A DNA stretch of 64,000 nucleotides from an uncultured Solobacterium sp. (lineage in GTDB: Bacteria > Bacillota_I > Bacilli_A > Erysipelotrichales > Erysipelotrichaceae). The position numbers and the translations under genes are program-made. Positions 8,244 to 18,057 of the stretch are shown here, one piece after another. Position 1 is the stretch's first letter; every line of letters starts with the position of its first letter. The stretch is from contig CALHUY010000052.1 of assembly GCA_938039295.1 (NCBI GenBank), positions 1,196 through 65,195 on the forward strand, given 5' to 3'. The notes beneath the pieces were generated by a model. That model ran no database searches. It was not told the DNA's origin and worked only from the letters and a program-made list of their open reading frames with translations.

Positions 8244-11200
8244 TTATTCAATGTTGATTGCTTGATCATGATGTACAGACCATGCATACGCATCAATTCT
8301 TTTATCTGGGTAAATCAATTGTAGTGCTTTTCTGTATGTATTGATTTGTTCTGTATACAACGATTTAATCTTAGATAATGCGGTGTTGTCTGTCTTAAAA
8401 TCAATCAGAATAATTCTATCTTCTAAGATTGACACAAAGTCCATAATACCATGTATCTTTTCTTTCTCTGTTTGTACATAGAAAGGATACTCATGATGAA
8501 TTTCACCTTCTACTGCTTGATGGTAAATCTCAGCATCACCAAATGCGAGTAGATGTTTTCTTTCCGTTGAAGAGAGATTTAGGAATGCTAAATCATCTTC
8601 GTTAAATAATCTTGGTGGTAACTGTTCAAAACATGCATGAATACGTGTACCATATTCTCTTCCAGCATTTGTTTCTGTTAGGTCTAGAGCTGGTAAGTTA
8701 CTACCAAACTCAGTAGAGCTTGGTGTGAATACTTCCTTCTCTTCTATACTTGTATATCCATAGTGTGGAAGTTCTGTAACAGTTTCTGTTTCTTTATGTT
8801 CTAGGAAAACATTCCATGATGGATCAATATCAACCTGTTTCATAATTGGTTCGTTTGCCATTGTGCTTAGAATCAACCCCGACATACCATTACGAATGAG
8901 TAAATCACCTAACATGAACTTCTTTCCACGATATGGAATTGGTTTTGGCAATGCGTCTACGATATAGAGTCTACGTACAGCACGTGTAACTGCGACATAT
9001 AAGATACGAATAAATTCTTCTGCATCCTCAAGGTTTGCTTTGTATTCGATCGCACGCTTATGGATTGTCTTTCGTTTTGCACGATACGGATTTGTACATA
9101 AGAAGTTTAATCCTAGATATAAATCATCATCGACATTGACTGCTTCGGCACTATCTCTAAACGGATTTGTTGCATTACTCCATAGGAATACATATTTATA
9201 TTGGAGTCCCTTTGAGTGGTGAATTGTTGTGACGGTAACGATATCATCCGCTGAACCTTTTGAGACTGCTTCATTGGATACCTCATCTTCAACTGCTTTT
9301 AAGGCATTTAAGAATTCCGCAACAGAATGGTACTTCGCAGATACTGTCATTTCAAATAGATAGTCAAAGTTTGACTGTTGACTGATATTTAGACGATTAA
9401 AGTAAGTATTGTGATTTGCAAGTTCTGATAACATTCTTGGAATACCATAGGTATCCGCAAGCTCTTTATACATCTGCAAATCATCATAGATACCAAACTC
9501 TTTGGCGACTGCTTTGATTGAACCTAGTCTTATCTTTGCTCTAGCAATCTCTTCATCACTGTAGTTGTAGAGATTAGAAACCATGCATGCAAAGAGAGCT
9601 GAATCTGCTTCTTCATCTAACATTGCAGTACACAATGCAATGACAGTCTGGCATAACTCTGAACGATAGAATCCTTCACGTGTATCAATGCTGTAAGGGA
9701 TTCCCTTTGCTTCGAAGGCTGCTTTGAGATATGCTTTATCACCATGACTTCGTAAGAGTATCGCAAAGTCATGGAAGGATGGTAATTTTGTATCATTCTT
9801 TCTTGCCAGTTTAAGTTCTTGGTTATAGGTATCAATAATCTTATTGGCAATCCAATTTGCCTTAATCATCTTGATATCCTCATCTTCATCCTCATCATCA
9901 CTGACAATCTCTGTTTTATTCTTCGGAGTATAACTTGCAAACTCAATGAGTGCATCTGGACTATCATTCTTTGGGAACCAGTCTACGATATCATCTTCAC
10001 CATACTTTTCTGTACTCTCTTTTACATTCATAATCTTTTGAAAGAGTATATTTGTAAACTGAATAATCCGTGCATCTGAACGATAGTTTCTCGATAAGAT
10101 AATCTTTGCTGATTGCATGGATGAATTGATTGTTTCTTCAACAATCTTTTCTGACTCATTTAATTTAGAACGCATTAGCGCAGGCTTTGCCTGACGGAAA
10201 CGATAGATAGATTGCTTGGTATCACCTACACGGAAGATACAGTTAGGACTAGCAATCATTTCTATGATTGTATCCTGTAGTTTACTTGTATCCTGGAACT
10301 CATCAATCATGACTTCTTGTAAGTTATCACGAATAACCTTCGCTACATTTTCATGTTTTAGAATTTCATACGCATAGCGTTCCATATCCGAGAAATACAT
10401 TGCAGTATTTTCTTGTTTGATGCGTACGCAATTTTGATATGTATGCTTTGCTAGATTGATAAGAGCTGTATTGATGATAGAAGCATCTCTTGCGTCCGAA
10501 ACAAAATCATCTTCGTTTAGACGTTCCTCTGCCATATTCTTGAGAGTCTTTTTCAAATGATCCATTGCACGTGCATGTTCAGGATAATTCTCTTTCTTAT
10601 AACTAGAAAGCTTTGTGTCATCCATCATTTGAATTTGTTGTTTATAGTTTTGATATATCTCAAAAGTATAAGCAGAACTTTCATCTTCCGGCATTAGTTC
10701 AGTTTGTAATGTTTGAATGATATGCAAGAAAGTATCAAAAGCTGTAGAATTATCAATTACTTTTCCACGTCCATTAATCGCTTCTGGTAGCTCCTGCAAG
10801 ATTTCTATATCACGTTGTAATACTGCTAGTTGTCCATATAAGGACGCAAAGAAATACTTACGGATATTAATATCAAATGCATTAAATGATGTGAATTGAT
10901 TTGAACTTGTGGAATCAAACTTTTCAGGATACATCTTGAATGCATGGTTAAACCATTCCTGTGGATCTACGGATGATTCCGCATGACGATTGATTTTAAC
11001 AACTGCATCATATAGTCCTTCATAATCATCCGCACGACTTGAAAAATAGGAAGCGAGCGAAACAATTTCTTGTGGATTTGTCTGATATGCATATTCTAAT
11101 GCATTCATGAACGCATCACGTTGGATATTTTCGTTTTGTCCACTTGAGAGAATATTTTCTGTTGTCGCTGGATCTAGACCGATGATGTTGTAATACTTTT

Positions 11201-11594
11201 TGATAATCGACAAACAGAAAGAGTCGATGGTTGTGATATTCGCACTTGCAAGTGCGATAATCTGATCATCAATATATTGAATCAAATCTTGATCAACAGT
11301 TTCTTCTTTTTTTGCTAGCTGTTTGATTTCATTTAGTTCTTGGGCAACACGCTTTTTCATTTCACTTGCGGCTGCTTCAGTAAATGTTAACGCAAGAATT
11401 CGTGATAAGGGTACACGTGGATTATCCTCAATACATCTTTTTACCAAACGGGATACGAGTACTTTTGTCTTACCGGCGCCAGCAGATGCGGAAACTACAA
11501 TACCCATCCCAGAAGAATTACAGGCAACGGACTGTTCAGCAGATAATTGATTTTTCTCAGAGATTCTCATCTTCTTTTGCCCCCTTTGCTGCAA
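8244..11594 (-). CDS. addA: ATP-dependent helicase/nuclease subunit A (UvrD-like helicase + C-terminal RecB-family nuclease)
   Basis: Walker A SASAGAGKTKVL, UvrD helicase motifs, C-terminal GIMDFV...LIDFKTD nuclease motif. Directly downstream of addB with a 38-nt overlap. Confidence 0.9.
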   Translation of the reverse strand: MQQRGQKKMRISEKNQLSAEQSVACNSSGMGIVVSASAGAGKTKVLVSRLVKRCIEDNPRVPLSRILALTFTEAAASEMKKRVAQELNEIKQLAKKEETVDQDLIQYIDDQIIALASANITTIDSFCLSIIKKYYNIIGLDPATTENILSSGQNENIQRDAFMNALEYAYQTNPQEIVSLASYFSSRADDYEGLYDAVVKINRHAESSVDPQEWFNHAFKMYPEKFDSTSSNQFTSFNAFDINIRKYFFASLYGQLAVLQRDIEILQELPEAINGRGKVIDNSTAFDTFLHIIQTLQTELMPEDESSAYTFEIYQNYKQQIQMMDDTKLSSYKKENYPEHARAMDHLKKTLKNMAEERLNEDDFVSDARDASIINTALINLAKHTYQNCVRIKQENTAMYFSDMERYAYEILKHENVAKVIRDNLQEVMIDEFQDTSKLQDTIIEMIASPNCIFRVGDTKQSIYRFRQAKPALMRSKLNESEKIVEETINSSMQSAKIILSRNYRSDARIIQFTNILFQKIMNVKESTEKYGEDDIVDWFPKNDSPDALIEFASYTPKNKTEIVSDDEDEDEDIKMIKANWIANKIIDTYNQELKLARKNDTKLPSFHDFAILLRSHGDKAYLKAAFEAKGIPYSIDTREGFYRSELCQTVIALCTAMLDEEADSALFACMVSNLYNYSDEEIARAKIRLGSIKAVAKEFGIYDDLQMYKELADTYGIPRMLSELANHNTYFNRLNISQQSNFDYLFEMTVSAKYHSVAEFLNALKAVEDEVSNEAVSKGSADDIVTVTTIHHSKGLQYKYVFLWSNATNPFRDSAEAVNVDDDLYLGLNFLCTNPYRAKRKTIHKRAIEYKANLEDAEEFIRILYVAVTRAVRRLYIVDALPKPIPYRGKKFMLGDLLIRNGMSGLILSTMANEPIMKQVDIDPSWNVFLEHKETETVTELPHYGYTSIEEKEVFTPSSTEFGSNLPALDLTETNAGREYGTRIHACFEQLPPRLFNEDDLAFLNLSSTERKHLLAFGDAEIYHQAVEGEIHHEYPFYVQTEKEKIHGIMDFVSILEDRIILIDFKTDNTALSKIKSLYTEQINTYRKALQLIYPDKRIDAYAWSVHHDQAINIE

Positions 11595-14256
11595 TTTCTT
11601 CTTTATCTAATTTAAATGGAATATCTGCTGGAATACCCTCCACTTCCACTGCTGTTGGAATACGATATTCACCATTAAAGTGATACATTGCCATATATGG
11701 TAATGTTGTGTTTTCGATTGGAGATAGTTCAATATTTCCACTTAGAACTTGTTCATGGAAATTTGCATAGATTCCTTGGATATATGCTTGAATCTTATCG
11801 AAGTCGTAAATATTCTTTGGACTCTTGATATGTCTTGCGTCTATATCCACATCATCACGATGTTCGTTAAAAATCCATACTGCACACTTTCGACTCTTGA
11901 TAAAATCTTCCTCTAAACTATTTAGTAATACTTGTTTTGGCATATCTCCACATTTATTGTAGACACGATTTAAATCAATCGTTTCATCCTTCATAGAGAT
12001 ATACTGTACAGCAGTTGGATTGTATTTCTTTCCTTGAAGATTGTTTGTGACTATCATCATGTACGTTAACATCTGTAGACGTAATCCTTGTTTTACTTCA
12101 TCTTCACTAATAGATAATACAGATGATTTGTAGTCAATGATACGAATTAAATCTTGATATAAATCAATGCGATCAATAATGCCACGGATATTTACATTTC
12201 CAATCATTGTTTCAGGCAAACGGTATTCAAAGTGCTCGGGAATAAAACTAGAATCTTTTTCTAAATCATGCATGAATATCATAAATTTAGATAATGAATC
12301 TGCTAGTCTTTCCAAAGAAATATCATATAAATAGTGTTCGTTTGGATGTGTCATCTTAAGTACGTCAAAATATGGTCTGAGCACTTCCTTAATATTAATC
12401 GCTGTTAAGATATTCGTTCCATCTTCTTGTAATGCATACTGTTTACGCTTTGCGTTATCATGCATATATTTATTTTTATAAGAAGATAGTAATGTATACA
12501 TAAAATGATGTTGAATATTTCCAATTGTAATTGGATCTAGTGCTGAGAATTCTTGGTCAATAATTCCTAGTCCCTTTTGGATAAAGTATCCATATGGATT
12601 ACGGTAGTATGACTCTACCGTACTAACAGAGCCATTTAATACTCCTTTTTCATCTAAGAATAATTGTTGTGCAGTCTCTGGTGTTAATTCATGTTTTACT
12701 TCTACATGATTATCCACAATCAAAATTGGCCATGGTGTATTTTCTTTCTTCATGTCCACTTTGGATTGCACTTCGTAAGCTAGTTGCATTTCTTTGCCTT
12801 GGTAGTCATTGGTGGAATAGGAATAGTAGATTTCTTCCGCCGAGGAATCAATCCATCGTAACGCATTCATATAGTAACCATAACGCTGATTCATACTTGG
12901 ATAAGACGGTATCTTTGCAAGGTAATCTTCATCAAACAAGCCATTATGAACCGGAAAGCCTGGATAATTCTTTCCACTACATCCAATCACGTAAGTTAGT
13001 TCTTGTTTCTTCACTGGATGTGTTAAGTCCGTTACCGTACAGATTGCGTCTGTAAATACAGCGCTATCTGAATGAATCCCTTGTAACATATGCATGATAA
13101 AAGGGATGTTCTCTACATCATGTTTCTCACTTGTCAAAATAGACTGTAGAACATTACGTAACTGTCTACCTTCTTTCAATTCATGTTTATTCTGTAGAAT
13201 CTTTTGGTTACGAATGATTTCAAATGCATTCATCAATATTTCTTCAAATGTAGATGCTTTCATTAAGCTATCTAAATCTTGTTGGATATTGTTAAATAGC
13301 TCATCTGCTCGCTCTTCAAAGTAAGCGTAACGTGCAGATTCCTTTTTAAATACTTCTGATGCTTCTAGATACTTTGATAAATGCTTAGGACATTCTACAT
13401 CTACTAATACTTGGTCTAAATATTTTAAAACAGTAAATAGAGAGCGATTCTGTTTTTGATCATCAACACCAAACGCATCAATATAGAAAGCTTTCATCAG
13501 AGCTTCTTTATTTTTTCGATATGCAAGATTGACTAATGCAACATAGCGTTGAATTAGTCTAGCAGATACATCATGATGTACTGTTGAAAATGGGATTTCA
13601 TATCTTGCGAAAACTTGTTGTACAACTGGATACTGTGTCTTCCATGAAGTAAGCACCAAGTTGCATGGTCTACGATACGTTGCGATATCTTGTGCAATCG
13701 CTTCAATCTCACGACGCGTACTTAATGCATAACGTAAGTGTTTTTGACTTGTTGTTATATTAGTTACTTTCGTTTTGTCTTTGAGTTGTTCTAAGATTTC
13801 CACATAGTATGGATCTGCCTCAAAGAAAGGATATACTTCTACATCATCTTGTTGTAATTTCTGAATTGCAGCTTCCTTATTTTTTACATTCTCTTTTTCC
13901 ACAAAAGGAATATCTAAAAGTATGCGGATGATTTCCTTTAGTTCCTTTTCTTGTTCGTTTGTCTCCGGTAGTGAGTCAACGTGAATGTTGCGTTGTATAC
14001 ACTCTAATACAAACTGAAAAATCTCCTGAATAAACGCAGGATAATCAAACATCTTTTGATATATTGGAAACTCATCACTTCTCTTTTTTAAAGTATGAGA
14101 AATCTTCAACAGTGCCGCATATTTATCTGTATGTTTCTCTCCTAAAGCAACAGAAAGGGGAACTGCTAGTACATTCGCAACGACGCCATGATTATGTTTT
14201 GCGAGATCTTCATAGATATACTCTTTTTGATAATTCGAACATAAAATTGTTTTCAT
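11557..14256 (-). CDS. addB: helicase-nuclease subunit B, short RexB-like form (899 aa)
   Basis: C-terminal RecB-family nuclease motifs GIIDRID, IIDYKSS, LQML.Y. No Walker A at the N-terminus and no 4-Cys Fe-S signature. Operon partner of addA. Confidence 0.75.
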   Translation of the reverse strand: MKTILCSNYQKEYIYEDLAKHNHGVVANVLAVPLSVALGEKHTDKYAALLKISHTLKKRSDEFPIYQKMFDYPAFIQEIFQFVLECIQRNIHVDSLPETNEQEKELKEIIRILLDIPFVEKENVKNKEAAIQKLQQDDVEVYPFFEADPYYVEILEQLKDKTKVTNITTSQKHLRYALSTRREIEAIAQDIATYRRPCNLVLTSWKTQYPVVQQVFARYEIPFSTVHHDVSARLIQRYVALVNLAYRKNKEALMKAFYIDAFGVDDQKQNRSLFTVLKYLDQVLVDVECPKHLSKYLEASEVFKKESARYAYFEERADELFNNIQQDLDSLMKASTFEEILMNAFEIIRNQKILQNKHELKEGRQLRNVLQSILTSEKHDVENIPFIMHMLQGIHSDSAVFTDAICTVTDLTHPVKKQELTYVIGCSGKNYPGFPVHNGLFDEDYLAKIPSYPSMNQRYGYYMNALRWIDSSAEEIYYSYSTNDYQGKEMQLAYEVQSKVDMKKENTPWPILIVDNHVEVKHELTPETAQQLFLDEKGVLNGSVSTVESYYRNPYGYFIQKGLGIIDQEFSALDPITIGNIQHHFMYTLLSSYKNKYMHDNAKRKQYALQEDGTNILTAINIKEVLRPYFDVLKMTHPNEHYLYDISLERLADSLSKFMIFMHDLEKDSSFIPEHFEYRLPETMIGNVNIRGIIDRIDLYQDLIRIIDYKSSVLSISEDEVKQGLRLQMLTYMMIVTNNLQGKKYNPTAVQYISMKDETIDLNRVYNKCGDMPKQVLLNSLEEDFIKSRKCAVWIFNEHRDDVDIDARHIKSPKNIYDFDKIQAYIQGIYANFHEQVLSGNIELSPIENTTLPYMAMYHFNGEYRIPTAVEVEGIPADIPFKLDKEEIAAKGAKEDENL

Positions 14257-14439
14257 ATTTAGATTTTATCATAGGCAATCCTGCATATTTGTTAAAATAT
14301 CCTGTTTTGTACAAAAAATTTGGACAAACTTACTGGATTTTTCAAAATCTGCGTGCCTATAATTAATTTGACAAACACTACATAAGCATCAACTAACAAT
14401 ACAAAACTAAATACAATTACTCGGAGGGAAGTATTTACC

Positions 14440-15261
14440 ATGGCAATTTGTGCTATTCTAGGCCAGAAGCTAGACAGTAGGAAAGACGGAGACGACTGTC
14501 TATTTAACGGTTATTTAGAAGATTATCTCAGCCTTAAGGAAAATGAGATTGAAGACAATTTAAAAGAAACATTTGAAAAAGTATTAGAAAGAGATCCAGA
14601 CACAAAGATTTGTGTGGATTTACATTGTGCCGTCAACGTTGAAGCAATTAGTAACCAAATCATCCGCTATAAAGACATCTGCAAGCTTAACGGAAAACCA
14701 CTCGTGATTCCTTACATCTTGTATTTTCACCATGATGATGAAGATAGAGCTATCATCATCTATGATTGCAAGCAATATGGCTATATCTACGCAAAGGGTC
14801 TTTACTACTGCATGACAGAGCCAGCTGGCGAATTTATTGACTGCAAGAATGAGATTGTTGCGATTTCTTCTAAACAGGAAACAATCTTAAAAGTTCTTGA
14901 TCAATTATTCACTGTCAAAGCAGGTTCTATTCAGCGCAGTATTGACCATGAACTTTTCCATAATTACGAAGAGTTAAAAACTGCATCCAAAGAAGCTGCC
15001 AATGCGCTAAAACTTGAAGCGATGGAAAAACTTCCTGCATTAGAAGATCGTACACACGCTATCTACCACTATGTAACAAACTGGTTCCTCTTAAAGAAGG
15101 TTCTCTATGTTCAATACATGGTAAATAAGAATATCTTATCTAGTGTTCACGAAAACAATATCAAGAAACAGAGAAATCAAGCAAAGATGAATTCTGAAGA
15201 AATTGATATTCTCAGTTTCAGTGAAATGTGGAGATTGCCTAAACAAGAATCTCTTGCATAA
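14440..15261 (+). CDS. hypothetical Cys-rich cytoplasmic protein (273 aa), no family recognised
   Basis: Long ORF with coding-like composition, divergent from addB. Eight Cys in the N-terminal half. Confidence 0.5.
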   Translation: MAICAILGQKLDSRKDGDDCLFNGYLEDYLSLKENEIEDNLKETFEKVLERDPDTKICVDLHCAVNVEAISNQIIRYKDICKLNGKPLVIPYILYFHHDDEDRAIIIYDCKQYGYIYAKGLYYCMTEPAGEFIDCKNEIVAISSKQETILKVLDQLFTVKAGSIQRSIDHELFHNYEELKTASKEAANALKLEAMEKLPALEDRTHAIYHYVTNWFLLKKVLYVQYMVNKNILSSVHENNIKKQRNQAKMNSEEIDILSFSEMWRLPKQESLA

Positions 15262-15268
15262 ACATACT

Positions 15269-15293
15269 ACCTCGACTGCTTGTCGAGGTTTTC
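15269..15293 (+). terminator. rho-independent terminator (CCTCGAC-tgctt-GTCGAGG + TTTT)
   Basis: Stem-loop plus T-run after the stop at 15261. Confidence 0.7.
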
Positions 15294-15366
15294 ATTTACC
15301 CAAAACAGTGATTTTAATGCCTAATTACGCGATATATGGTAACATTTTAAAGTAAAGAGGTGTTAT

Positions 15367-16152
15367 ATGACAAAGAAGCTAGCTGTAGCAGCACTGCTCA
15401 TGTTTCTGATTATCGCTACTTTAATTGGTAGTACCTTAATCAAAAATGATTTCTTGAATCCAGAAAAAGAGCCAGTTGTTACTACAACAGAAGATAAAAA
15501 AGAAGAGGAGAAAAAGGAAACCCCTAAGCCCGAAGTTGACCCTGAAACAGATACACGCTTCAGCGATACAAACAGTATCCTACTTCTTGTAAACAAAAAA
15601 CATAAACTAGAAGAAACTTATGTTCCATCTGATTTAACAACTGTAAATGTTAGTACAAACGGTACTGAATGGACTCTGCGTAAAGAGGCTGCGAAAGCCC
15701 TTGAAGACTTATTCAATGCCGCAAAAGAAGATGGCATTACATTACGTTTAGGAAATGGATATCGTTCCGGTTCTTACCAAGGGCAGTTATATCAATCCAG
15801 TGTTAATCGTATCGGTGAGGCAAGCACAAATAAGACCACCGCAAAAGCTGGATATTCCGAACTACAAACTGGCTTAGCAGCTGCGATTCTCGGTGCGGAT
15901 ACAACCACAGATTTTAATACTAGCTTTGCAAAATCTGATGAATATAAGTGGCTCCAAGAAAATGCATATAAATACGGTTTTATCTTACGTTACCCAGAAA
16001 ACAAAGACTCTATTACTGGTTATTCTTATATGCCATGGCATTATCGTTACGTTGGAAAAGACATAGCTGAACAGATTCATGAAGCAGGTAACGATACAAC
16101 ATTCGAAGAATTCTTCGGTCTAAAAGGTGGAGACTACGAAAAAGAAAGCTAA
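15367..16152 (+). CDS. membrane-anchored D-alanyl-D-alanine carboxypeptidase, peptidase M15B (VanY-like)
   Basis: N-terminal TM anchor, E/K/T-rich linker, and the M15B signature ...YSYMPWHYRYVG. Paralog of 31771-32547. Confidence 0.8.
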   Translation: MTKKLAVAALLMFLIIATLIGSTLIKNDFLNPEKEPVVTTTEDKKEEEKKETPKPEVDPETDTRFSDTNSILLLVNKKHKLEETYVPSDLTTVNVSTNGTEWTLRKEAAKALEDLFNAAKEDGITLRLGNGYRSGSYQGQLYQSSVNRIGEASTNKTTAKAGYSELQTGLAAAILGADTTTDFNTSFAKSDEYKWLQENAYKYGFILRYPENKDSITGYSYMPWHYRYVGKDIAEQIHEAGNDTTFEEFFGLKGGDYEKES

Positions 16153-16173
16153 ACGACACAACAAATCCTTATA

Positions 16174-16202
16174 GTAAAAAAATCCCTACTGGGATTTTTT
16201 AT
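16174..16202. terminator. bidirectional terminator (A-run-ATCCC-tact-GGGAT-T-run) between convergent genes
   Basis: Symmetric hairpin flanked by A7 and T7. Confidence 0.65.
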
Positions 16203-16205
16203 TGT

Positions 16206-16712
16206 TTATTCTACGAATAACTTTGTTTTATCTAATGCTTTGACTAGGAAGTAACCAATGACTACTGAGATTAATTCTCCGATTGCGACGAATGAACCAT
16301 TGATGAGTGTTCCTAATACAATTTCATTTGGCATAAATAGGTATGCAAGTTCTGCACCTACGAAGAAGAAGTTAAAGATTACAGGCATTAAGCAAGCAAG
16401 TAGTGGGATATCATTTACTTTCTTATCTTTTAATACCCATGTGCAGTAAGCTGCACCGAATGTTGCGATTGTTCCGATAATCGCATCTAAGAATCCAGTT
16501 GGATTAACACCTATCATCGCTCCAATTAGGTTTGTTAAGAAACAACCTAGTGTTACACCCCAAATAGATGGTTTGTAAATTAATGGAAGTAGTGTTAAAG
16601 CTTCTGCGATTCTGACTTGTACATTACCATATGTAAATGGTGCTAGTACTAATGATACGACAGTATAGATTGCCGCAATCATCCCAACCCTAGTTAAGGT
16701 CTTCATGTTCAT
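16206..16712 (-). CDS. queT: QueT-family queuosine-precursor transporter (small polytopic membrane protein)
   Basis: 168 aa with ~5 TM helices. VQVRIAEALTLLP resembles the QueT signature. Candidate preQ1 riboswitch in the 5' UTR. Confidence 0.6.
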   Translation of the reverse strand: MNMKTLTRVGMIAAIYTVVSLVLAPFTYGNVQVRIAEALTLLPLIYKPSIWGVTLGCFLTNLIGAMIGVNPTGFLDAIIGTIATFGAAYCTWVLKDKKVNDIPLLACLMPVIFNFFFVGAELAYLFMPNEIVLGTLINGSFVAIGELISVVIGYFLVKALDKTKLFVE

Positions 16713-16715
16713 AAA

Positions 16716-16766
16716 AATATCATCTCCTTATTTTCATTTAACGTCAGGTAGCTGCTACTGACGGGA
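16716..16766 (-). promoter_or_regulatory. candidate preQ1-I riboswitch in the queT leader
   Basis: mRNA reads 5'-CGUCAG-UAGCAGCUAC-CUGACG-UUAAAUGAAAAUAAGGAG-3', ending 9 nt before the AUG. That is a 6-bp stem, a loop containing GCAG/AGCUAC, and an A-rich tail ending AAGG(AG) that is the RBS. The same architecture is found in the T. tengcongensis (CUGGG-UCGCAGUAA-CCCAG-UUAACAAAACAAGG) and B. subtilis queC preQ1-I aptamers. Confidence 0.55.
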
Positions 16767-16913
16767 TTGTGTCCGGTTATTTATTTTACGCTATTCATTC
16801 TTTTCGTCAATATAAAACTATTTTTTATTGTACTTTATTCTGTTTAAAATATCTTTTTTCATAAAAAAGATACTATTCTTTTAATAGTATCTTTACATGC
16901 GTGCATGCGTTTT

Positions 16914-18032
16914 TTAGTTACTCCAAACACTTTCTGCAATTTCTTTTACAAGTGCTAATTTTGCCCACTGTTCTTCTTCTGTTAACTTGTTGCCTTCTTC
17001 AGTTGACGCAAATCCACACTGTGGAGAAAGATATAAATTCTCTAATGGTACATATCTAGCCGCATCGTGAATACGTCTGATGATACGATTCTTATCCTCA
17101 AGTTCTGCAAACTTTGTTGTAATCAAGCCTAATACAACCTTCTTTCCTTCTGGAATATATTTAAGCGGTTCAAATCCACCTGAACGTGCATCATCATATT
17201 CTAAATAGAAAGCATCCACATCTTCCCTAGCGAATAGGTATGGTGCGATTGGATCATATGCACCTTCACTTGCGTATGTACTATGGAAATTTCCACGACA
17301 AACATGGGTTGTAATAACCATATCTTCCGGATGATTTGCGATAGCCGCATTATTAATCTCAATTTCTTCTTCCGCAATTACTCGTAAACTTTCTTCAGTG
17401 ATATTAAAAATCTTCCAGAATGCACGGTCCGCATAGAGTGTCCATGTACAATCATCCAACTGTAGGTTACGACAACCTGCTGCGTATAACTCTTGAATCA
17501 CTGTCTGATATGCTTTAACAATATCCGCCTTTAATTCATCGTCTGTTGGATAGTGCTTTCTAGTCTCTGCAATAAACTCAGGTAAGCGTAATTGAATTAA
17601 TAGCTGCGCTGGTGATGGGATTGTCTGTTTGGCAACTGTGTTTTCATCTTCATGTGCTTTTACAAACTTGAAATGTTCAATAAATGGATGATTTTCACCT
17701 GAAATCTTTCCTACAACTACTGCTGTTTCTGCCTTTGTTTCTTCATCATGGAAACGTAAACCCTGGCTAGACTTCTGGAAGGAGATTCCATTTAATCCCC
17801 AGAAGAAATCTAAATGCCACCAACCACGGCGGAACTCACCATCTGTAATTGTGTGATATCCAGCCTTTTTCTGTTTCTCGATGAGGTCAAGAATGTAGTA
17901 ATCTTCTACTTTCTTTAATTCTTCTTGTGTTATTTCATTATTTTGAAACTTTTCTCTTGCGACCTTGAGCTTTTCAGGTCGTAGAAAACTACCCACGTAG
18001 TCATAACGGAATGGTACATGATTCTGTGTCAT
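16914..18032 (-). CDS. MetE C-terminal-domain-like methyltransferase (YxjG/YxjH family, cobalamin-independent methionine synthase II-like)
   Basis: N-terminus ...VPFRYDYVGSFLRPEKLK... matches the 5-methyltetrahydropteroyltriglutamate-homocysteine methyltransferase family. 372 aa. 25-nt gap after the NUDIX gene. Confidence 0.7.
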   Translation of the reverse strand: MTQNHVPFRYDYVGSFLRPEKLKVAREKFQNNEITQEELKKVEDYYILDLIEKQKKAGYHTITDGEFRRGWWHLDFFWGLNGISFQKSSQGLRFHDEETKAETAVVVGKISGENHPFIEHFKFVKAHEDENTVAKQTIPSPAQLLIQLRLPEFIAETRKHYPTDDELKADIVKAYQTVIQELYAAGCRNLQLDDCTWTLYADRAFWKIFNITEESLRVIAEEEIEINNAAIANHPEDMVITTHVCRGNFHSTYASEGAYDPIAPYLFAREDVDAFYLEYDDARSGGFEPLKYIPEGKKVVLGLITTKFAELEDKNRIIRRIHDAARYVPLENLYLSPQCGFASTEEGNKLTEEEQWAKLALVKEIAESVWSN

Positions 18033-18057
18033 TGTTTTTGCCTCTTATTATCTTTCT

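Noticed and set aside
14225-14260. LexA (Cheo-box)-like CGAACATAAAATTGTTT at the 5' end of addB
   Set aside because: GAAC and GTTT are 8 nt apart rather than the 4 nt of CGAACN4GTTCG, and the second half-site is degenerate. It also lies inside the addB coding start.
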